From contig JBOFEG010000020.1 of assembly GCA_051647685.1 (NCBI GenBank), positions 1 through 63,270 of the forward strand: DNA of 63,270 bases. The letters are read 5' to 3'. Made by a program: the position numbers and the translations under genes. The stretch comes from Chlamydiales bacterium. GTDB taxonomy: Bacteria > Chlamydiota > Chlamydiia > Chlamydiales > CALTSX01. The notes under the pieces were generated by a model. That model was not told the DNA's origin, did no database searches, and saw only the letters and a list, made by a program, of their open reading frames with translations. This document shows positions 56,812 through 63,270 of this stretch, piece by piece; the stretch's first letter is position 1, and every line of letters starts with the position of its first letter.

Positions 56812-59800
56812 ATGAATATGAAAAAACAGAATGTTACAAAGAAAGCTAATTACATGTTGTATTTTTTTTTGGTCATTATCGTACTGATCGCTATACGAAT
56901 TGGTTACTTACAATGGAAACAATATAATTATTATTTTAATCTTTCTCAAAAACCTCAAAAAAAATCTATTTTAGAACCTGCTCTTCGGGGAATCATTTAT
57001 GATCGATTTTCTATCCCAGTTGCTTTAAATCAACTACAATACAATTTATTTATTTATTACGAACCTATTGCAAAACAAATTCCCCGAATTGCCTGGGAAG
57101 AAGGCTTACAGGGACGTACGAAAATTTTCCCTAGACGAGATTATATTGAATATTTATCCAATGTACTTACAAAAATTACTCATTGTGATCAAGTTAGAAT
57201 AAAAGATTTAATATATAGTAAGGCCAGTATTTTCCCTAATACCCCTATTCTAATACAAGAAAATTTAGATGAGGCTACCTACTATCGCCTTAAGCTCTTG
57301 GAAAAGGATTTTCCAGGTATTCATACTAAAATCCAAGCAAAACGCTTCTATCCATATCATACTATAGGTAGCAATCTACTCGGATACATGGGAAGAATTA
57401 ATGGAAAAGAATATAATCTATTATCTCACGAGCGCCTAGTTTTACAAAATTTTTTATGTGATAGATCCCAACAACTTCCTACCCCTTTGCCAGTCGGAAC
57501 AGAAAGTGTTAGCGATGTACATAGTAGATTGCGAACATTAGAGCGACAGTCCTATTCTATTAATGATTGCGTAGGTAAATCTGGGATAGAAAAACAATTC
57601 GACCAATCTCTAAGAGGAATTTTTGGAAAGCAAGCTTATGAAATCGATGTGAAAGGGAATGTCTTGCGAATCGCTCCAAATTCTTATCCCCCAGTTCCAG
57701 GAAAACACATTAAACTTGCTATTTCTATTGAATTACAAGAGTATGCCGAGAAGCTTCTTGCTATGCACGAGGGTATTCGGGATCAATCCTTTTCCAGTAA
57801 TAAACAACCACCTCCTTGGATAAAAGGAGGTGCAATTGTTGCGATGATTCCGAATAGTGGGGAAGTTGTTGCTATGGCTTCTTATCCTCGATACAACCCA
57901 AATGATTTTATCAATAGAACTCGAAAAATACCAGAGTGGCTTGAAAATGATACTATGATTGAGGACATTTGGAATGGCAACAGATCACTACAAAAAGAAA
58001 TTTATGACCTAAACAAAAATCGATATTCTTACATCTATCAACCGTGTACTTGGTCCTATTTTACGCAATCTATTCTATCTCCAAATAGTCAAATATATAA
58101 AATAGTTAAAAACCTTTCCGATCTAAATGTCGTCCATCAAATTCTTTCTGCATTTTCTCAATTACTTATACTTTCTGGACAAAGCCCCATGGATTTATTG
58201 AATAGTATGTATAAGGAGAATAGTACTTTTTATGTAGATGATACAAATATATATGCCCTAGCCCTTCCAATAATGGTAAAGAAACTACGAGAAACGCTTG
58301 ATCGCTATTTATCCAAAATTCCAAACAATTTAGATAGATTACTCTTCCTAGATATATGTCAATTATGTATCGACCACAACCTATTTTCTCGAGACTTGCT
58401 TGAATTTGTCGGGAATGACTCTTTATCACAATATCGAAAATTAACACAATCTCTTGCAATACTCAGCAAAGAAATACAACGAGATATAAGGCCCTTATTC
58501 TATAAATATGATTTTGCTACATGGCGAGAAAATTCTCTCTCTGATTTTTTAAAAGAAAAACGAGCTTGGGAAAAAGAACACAGGCGATATGCAAAACCCT
58601 ATTTAGATTATCTAACCATAGAAGAACAAAAACTCTTTAAGAATTTTTGGGAAGAGAATCGAACAATTTTTATATCAGCGATTTTTTTTGATCAGAAAGA
58701 CAGCAGTATTCCTAATAACTTGCAAGTATATATTGATTTCCTATCTGAACGATATACGTCTACACGTGATTGTTCTCCTGAATCTGTCCAAGCTTATAGT
58801 TATCTACAAGCCCGACTGAATCAAATTCCTCAAGAAATTGCAATAAAATACTTAAAAACCATGCGTTCTTATAGTGAATTAAACCGTCCACTATTTGGTA
58901 GATATCCGACACTACCTTCATTAGATGGAATTCAATATGAACGACACTTAGCTAAAGCTTTTTATCCTATTGGTGGTTATGGATTCACACGCTCTTTGGC
59001 ATATCAACAAGGATCACCTCTCGGTTCTTTATTTAAAATCGTCACCGGATACGCAAGTCTTTATAATCGATGGACGAATTACCACGTGGAAAATCCAGAT
59101 TTCGAACTGAATCCACTGACACTAATCGACAACCTACAACCAAATATACGGGGGAAAAATGGAATTTTACTCGGCTCATTCTGTTCTGGAGAGCCTATTT
59201 ATCAAATTCATAAAGGTGGAAGAATTCCTCGTAGTAGCCATAAAAATATTGGGAAAGTAGATTTTATTAAAGCTATGGAACAATCGAGCAATATTTATTT
59301 TTCGTTGCTCGCAAGCAATACTCTTGAAGTACCCGACGATTTAATTACCGCCGCAAAAAAATTTGGATTTGGTAGAAAAACAGGATTACTTCTTCCAGGA
59401 GAGGCATCGGGATATCTACCGAGAGATATCCGAGAAAATATTACCTCATTATACTCTCTTGCTATTGGCCAACACTCACTACTTGTCACTCCTCTTCAAG
59501 CAGCCCATATGTTAAACATTGTAGCTAACTGTGGGAAGGCACCCTTCCCACAAATCATACAATCACTACACGGAGAACAAGTGCAGAACTCTACCGAAAT
59601 TTTATCTAAAAAATTGTACTTTCCACTACAATCTGAATTACACCGAATAGGAGTCTCATTTCCTATATTTAGTGGTTTAAGCGAAAAGAAAAAATACTCA
59701 TCTATTGATTTCCATTCAACTGAGATGCAAAATAGAGCTCCTTTCCCAACAAAAATCCATGATTATTTAATGCATAGCTTACAACAAGTAATGATCGGTG

Positions 59801-60144
59801 AAAGAGGATCTGCTAGAGGTTCTGTAATTACCTCTCTGCAAAAACAGATTTTTAATAAACAAATTTATAATAATTTAATCCGACAAGTAGTTGGAAAAAC
59901 CGGGACTGCAGAAATAGTGTACAGACCTACTCTAGATAGAGAGGGATCCGGCATAATATGCAACCACATTTGGTTCGGTGGTATTTCTTTTCCAGATGAA
60001 GAATCTTGCATACATTATGTACATCCCGAACTGATTGTGGTTGTATTTCTGCGTTATGGCGATTACGGAAAGGAAGCCGCTCCTATTGCAGTACAAATGA
60101 TTGACAAATGGAGAGATCTACAAAAACAACATATAAATCATTAG
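56812..60144 (+). CDS. pbp2: penicillin-binding protein 2 (class B transpeptidase), enlarged chlamydial type
   Basis: N-terminal TM. SxxK = SLFK (Ser codon 59026-59028, residue 739), SxN = SSN, KTG = KTGTAE. 1110 aa versus about 630 aa for typical PBP2. Confidence 0.85.
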   Translation: MNMKKQNVTKKANYMLYFFLVIIVLIAIRIGYLQWKQYNYYFNLSQKPQKKSILEPALRGIIYDRFSIPVALNQLQYNLFIYYEPIAKQIPRIAWEEGLQGRTKIFPRRDYIEYLSNVLTKITHCDQVRIKDLIYSKASIFPNTPILIQENLDEATYYRLKLLEKDFPGIHTKIQAKRFYPYHTIGSNLLGYMGRINGKEYNLLSHERLVLQNFLCDRSQQLPTPLPVGTESVSDVHSRLRTLERQSYSINDCVGKSGIEKQFDQSLRGIFGKQAYEIDVKGNVLRIAPNSYPPVPGKHIKLAISIELQEYAEKLLAMHEGIRDQSFSSNKQPPPWIKGGAIVAMIPNSGEVVAMASYPRYNPNDFINRTRKIPEWLENDTMIEDIWNGNRSLQKEIYDLNKNRYSYIYQPCTWSYFTQSILSPNSQIYKIVKNLSDLNVVHQILSAFSQLLILSGQSPMDLLNSMYKENSTFYVDDTNIYALALPIMVKKLRETLDRYLSKIPNNLDRLLFLDICQLCIDHNLFSRDLLEFVGNDSLSQYRKLTQSLAILSKEIQRDIRPLFYKYDFATWRENSLSDFLKEKRAWEKEHRRYAKPYLDYLTIEEQKLFKNFWEENRTIFISAIFFDQKDSSIPNNLQVYIDFLSERYTSTRDCSPESVQAYSYLQARLNQIPQEIAIKYLKTMRSYSELNRPLFGRYPTLPSLDGIQYERHLAKAFYPIGGYGFTRSLAYQQGSPLGSLFKIVTGYASLYNRWTNYHVENPDFELNPLTLIDNLQPNIRGKNGILLGSFCSGEPIYQIHKGGRIPRSSHKNIGKVDFIKAMEQSSNIYFSLLASNTLEVPDDLITAAKKFGFGRKTGLLLPGEASGYLPRDIRENITSLYSLAIGQHSLLVTPLQAAHMLNIVANCGKAPFPQIIQSLHGEQVQNSTEILSKKLYFPLQSELHRIGVSFPIFSGLSEKKKYSSIDFHSTEMQNRAPFPTKIHDYLMHSLQQVMIGERGSARGSVITSLQKQIFNKQIYNNLIRQVVGKTGTAEIVYRPTLDREGSGIICNHIWFGGISFPDEESCIHYVHPELIVVVFLRYGDYGKEAAPIAVQMIDKWRDLQKQHINH

Positions 60145-60186
60145 AAAATTAAACGATAGAAAAAGAGTTTTTGTTATCATTTTATC

Positions 60187-61185
60187 ATGAAAATATTTAT
60201 TACGGGGATTGCTGGCTTTATAGGATTTCATCTAGCAAAACGTCTATGCTCTCAAGATATTTCTGTTAGTGGATGCGATATCCTATCACCTTATTATTGT
60301 GTCAGTTTAAAAAATCTGAGAAAAGCTACTTTAGAAAAGTTAGGAATTTCTATTATACCACTTGATATCACAAATCTTGAGGCAATGGAAGATCATTTCC
60401 ACAAAAATACTTATGATATTCTTATCCATTTAGCTGCGCAACCAGGTGTGCGTTATTCCGTGCAAAACCCAAGTACTTACGTACAAACAAATTGGATTGG
60501 CTTTTTTCATATTGTAGAAATTTGTAAAAAACATCCAAATATGAGACTAATTTATGCTTCCTCGTCATCTGTTTATGGAAAAAATGCGAAAATTCCTTTT
60601 TCCGAGAACGATATTACAGATTCTCCAACTAACATTTATGCCGTTACAAAAAAATCAGGCGAATTACTAGCACATGCCTATCACCACCTATACAAAATTC
60701 CTGTTACAGGACTCCGCTTCTTTACAGTATACGGCCCATGGGGAAGACCAGATATGGCTTATTACTCTTTCACAGAATCCATTCTTCAAGGAAAAACCAT
60801 TCCTTTATATAGCTTGGGAAAAATGGAGAGGGATTTTACTTATATCGATGATATAATAACTGGAATATTGCAAGTTATAAATAAATTGCCAGGGAATGCG
60901 GAAATTATTAATTTAGGAAATCAAAACCCAGAATCTATACAGAGAATGATAGAAATACTCGAGATATTATTACAAAAATCGGCTGTCATTGAGCATATAC
61001 CTGCACCGTTAGAAGATGTTTTTATTACCTATGCTGATGGGACGCATTCTGCAGATATAATTTCTTTCAAACCAACTACTACACTTTATAAAGGTCTCTC
61101 TCATTTTGTATCTTGGTATCTATTATATAAAGAAAGAAATGCCTCTGGCAGTGCTAATATTATGTCGGATGCAATAATAGAGTAA
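60187..61185 (+). CDS. NAD-dependent nucleotide-sugar epimerase (UDP-glucuronate 4-epimerase-like)
   Basis: IFITGIAGFIGFHL, ASSSSVYG, YAVTKKSGE (YxxxK), RFFTVYGPWGRPDMA are typical of CapI/WbnF-type epimerases. Confidence 0.65.
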   Translation: MKIFITGIAGFIGFHLAKRLCSQDISVSGCDILSPYYCVSLKNLRKATLEKLGISIIPLDITNLEAMEDHFHKNTYDILIHLAAQPGVRYSVQNPSTYVQTNWIGFFHIVEICKKHPNMRLIYASSSSVYGKNAKIPFSENDITDSPTNIYAVTKKSGELLAHAYHHLYKIPVTGLRFFTVYGPWGRPDMAYYSFTESILQGKTIPLYSLGKMERDFTYIDDIITGILQVINKLPGNAEIINLGNQNPESIQRMIEILEILLQKSAVIEHIPAPLEDVFITYADGTHSADIISFKPTTTLYKGLSHFVSWYLLYKERNASGSANIMSDAIIE

Positions 61186-62633
61186 GATGTTTTCTGACTT
61201 GCTGCTATTTCTCCGGCAACTCCATGAAGATATACACCAAGCACAGCAGCCTTATACAGGTCAAGTCGCTGCGCTACGAATCCTCCTATTATTCCGGCTA
61301 ACACATCTCCGGTTCCAGCAGTAGCCATTCCAGGATCTCCTCTTGTTATAACTACAGCAGGTAAATCTTTAGAAAAAATCCATGTTGGCGCTCCTTTATA
61401 GACAAGAATACAATCGTATTCATCGACAAAATCTTGACAATGTTGCAATAGCAATGAGGGATAAGTTTCTTCTCTGTGTAACAGCCGCAGTAATTCTTTA
61501 TGATGAGGGGTAAAAATAGTTCTTTTTGTAAAGGATTTGAGCCTAATGCGCGCACAAATATTTATCCCATCGGCATCGATAATAAAAGGAACTTCCAATG
61601 TATAGAGTATATCTTGGACTAATGATTCATCATAGGAATCCGTCCCGAGACCTGGTCCAATGATAGCGGCATTGCAGCGTTTCCCTTCACGAAAAATATT
61701 TGATTTTTCGCGAAGCGACTGCATAATTTCGAGTGGCATTTCTCGATTTACACTAGAGCTGAATAAGCGAGAAATACCCGCCCCGACTTTCAATGCTGAA
61801 ATCGCCGATAAAATTCCAGCGCCCTCCATACCAATAGAACCACCAATAGTAATTACGTAACCTGTCTCGTATTTATGTCGGGTTCTTTTAATAATTGGAA
61901 GTAAAGAGAAAACAGATTTCTCATTGATCAAATTTGCCACTGGACGTAGCTTTTCCTGAAACTTTTTTTCAAGTCCAAAATCAATTCGAATTAACTTTCC
62001 AGTATAATTATATCCATCTTGGATAAAGAACCCGATCTTGGGAAATCCGAGATAAAAAGTATAATAGGCTTGAATACAACTACTAGCTGCAACGCCCGTA
62101 TCTCCATTTAATCCGGAGGGAATATCGATGGAAAAAATAGGAATCTTGGAATTATTAGCAGCTGTAATGATTTTTGTTATAATCGGACTTAAACTTTTAG
62201 TATGATATCCACTACCAAAAATACCATCTATAATACATCCGGCATTAGTAAATGATATTTTTTCAGGATTTATTTCAATGCCACCTCGCTTTTGAAATTG
62301 AAGTAACATTTTTTTGCATAAACTCGAAAGAACAGATTTTGGAAATAAAAGATAGGCATGTACGATAAAACCCGCTTCTCTTAGGTAATATCCAGTAAGG
62401 AGTGCATCTGCTGCATTATTGCCTTTGCCAAGCAAAAGAATTGCAATTTTTTTCCTTTGGAGTGATGAAATTATCGAATCTATCTGTTGTGATATAACAA
62501 GACCAACATTTTTTATGTAAGTCTCTTCTTTTGCTCCTTGTTCTATACTAAGTTTTTCTATATCTCGTAGATGAGATCCATATACAATAGATTCTCCAAA
62601 TATAGAATTTTCAAGTATGCTCACCTCATTCAT
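61101..62633 (-). CDS. nnr: bifunctional NAD(P)H-hydrate repair enzyme (epimerase + ADP-dependent dehydratase)
   Basis: N-domain GKGNNAADAL (YjeF_N). C-domain HKYETGYV, GPGLG, GTGDVLAGIIGGF (carbohydrate-kinase-like). Confidence 0.85.
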   Translation of the reverse strand: MNEVSILENSIFGESIVYGSHLRDIEKLSIEQGAKEETYIKNVGLVISQQIDSIISSLQRKKIAILLLGKGNNAADALLTGYYLREAGFIVHAYLLFPKSVLSSLCKKMLLQFQKRGGIEINPEKISFTNAGCIIDGIFGSGYHTKSLSPIITKIITAANNSKIPIFSIDIPSGLNGDTGVAASSCIQAYYTFYLGFPKIGFFIQDGYNYTGKLIRIDFGLEKKFQEKLRPVANLINEKSVFSLLPIIKRTRHKYETGYVITIGGSIGMEGAGILSAISALKVGAGISRLFSSSVNREMPLEIMQSLREKSNIFREGKRCNAAIIGPGLGTDSYDESLVQDILYTLEVPFIIDADGINICARIRLKSFTKRTIFTPHHKELLRLLHREETYPSLLLQHCQDFVDEYDCILVYKGAPTWIFSKDLPAVVITRGDPGMATAGTGDVLAGIIGGFVAQRLDLYKAAVLGVYLHGVAGEIAASQKTSYSIIASDIILALPEAFLSLYNRYQDTK

Positions 62634-62689
62634 TAATCTATATCCCTTCTTGGATAAAAATAAATTACTGTATACAAGGGTTTAAAAAC

Positions 62690-63270
62690 CTATAGCCATT
62701 CTTCTTTAATCTCACGACTAAATAGTGCTTTAACAGCTTCTAATGGATCTACTCCGAGGTAAAGAATCGCATAGACTGCTTCTGTAATAGGAAGTGGTAT
62801 TTTATGTTTGTTTCCAAGTTCTTTAGCTGAAATGCAAGTAAAGGCTCCCTCCACTACCATACCTATATCCTTCTTGGCTTCTTGAGAGCTCTCTCCTTCT
62901 GCCAACAATTTTCCGAAAGTATAATTTCGACTAAGACTGGATAGACAAGTAACTGCTAAATCACCCAATCCAGTAAGACCATTTAATGTTTCTATATGAG
63001 ATGTCTTTATAACAGCAAGCTTTCTCATCTCATGGAGTCCGCGAGTGAGCAAAGCAGCCTTGGCATTTTGTCCAAATCCAAGTCCATCGGAAATTCCACA
63101 TGCAATGGCGATAATGTTTTTCATAGCACCCCCAAAGCAGACTCCCATTATATCGGGATTTGGATAGACTCTAAACAAAGGTGCTGAAAATAGACCCTGA
63201 ATCCATTGCATAAGTTTTGTATCAAATGCAGATGCAACAACCGATGATGGCATGCATTGCATAACTTCTT
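62690..63270 (-). CDS. gpsA: glycerol-3-phosphate dehydrogenase [NAD(P)+], C-terminal part (5' end lies right of the window)
   Basis: NIIAIACGISDGLGFGQNAKAALLTRGL, GLGDLAVTCLSSLSRNYTFG, VEGAFT are GpsA blocks. The frame stays open to the window edge. Confidence 0.8.
   Translation of the reverse strand, partial: EVMQCMPSSVVASAFDTKLMQWIQGLFSAPLFRVYPNPDIMGVCFGGAMKNIIAIACGISDGLGFGQNAKAALLTRGLHEMRKLAVIKTSHIETLNGLTGLGDLAVTCLSSLSRNYTFGKLLAEGESSQEAKKDIGMVVEGAFTCISAKELGNKHKIPLPITEAVYAILYLGVDPLEAVKALFSREIKEEWL

Noticed and set aside
61101-61185. 85-nt convergent overlap of the epimerase and nnr 3' ends, and a 53-nt overlap at 22107-22159, as possible antisense regulation.
   Set aside because: Both are most simply explained by non-conserved C-terminal tails running on until the next stop codon. 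There is no structure or conservation evidence.
1-63270. CRISPR arrays, IS elements/transposases, integrases, prophage genes, rRNA, and long direct or inverted repeats.
   Set aside because: None seen. Every intergenic interval is under 240 nt, AT-rich, and lacks spacer-repeat periodicity. No ORF shows transposase or integrase motifs.

Overview
This is an AT-rich 63.3-kb chromosomal segment. Gene content and local synteny point to a member of the Chlamydiota. The indicators are an ATP/ADP-type nucleotide transporter, a dispersed type III secretion sub-cluster (sctJ, K-like, L, R, S, T), a PBP2 of about 1100 aa, mcsA-mcsB beside frr-tsf-rpsB, and a Rho with an N-terminal extension. It is probably an environmental (non-Chlamydiaceae) lineage, because it also carries dTDP-rhamnose genes, a CDP-ribitol synthase-like fusion and several extra glycan- or methyl-transfer enzymes. 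I count about 58 protein genes, 3 tRNAs (Lys-UUU, Glu-UUC, Gly-UCC), one clear intrinsic terminator, and no rRNA, CRISPR, IS element or prophage. Most of the window is housekeeping: gltX, murA, argS, pgk, polA, coaE, rho, sufBCDS, frr/tsf/rpsB, pbp2, nnr, gpsA.

Items most worth a second look:
1. 45035-47369: a Sec-signal/TPR protein whose C-terminus looks like a polymorphic-toxin domain. The domain continues in frame through a TGA into the supposedly intergenic 45738-45899. It is followed by an overlapping, internally duplicated candidate immunity gene welded onto the head of the rfbC-rfbD-rfbB-kdsB operon.
2. 35713-37011: a MOMP-like beta-barrel protein with a 60-aa N-terminal module that is 80% Cys+Pro.
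3. 12046-12056: an 11-G homopolymer that frameshifts the conserved C-terminus of pgk.
4. 52691-54049: a Bcs1-like cytidylyltransferase-SDR fusion (CDP-ribitol synthase).
5. 25083-28493: a 1136-aa protein with no signal peptide that fuses an unknown ~650-aa region to an OppA-type solute-binding domain.
6. Four cofactor-dependent enzymes (FkbM methyltransferase, a second SAM methyltransferase, a GT25 glycosyltransferase, a pyruvyl transferase) that all carry N-terminal signal/anchor sequences.

All homology calls are from motif recognition by eye. No searches were run.
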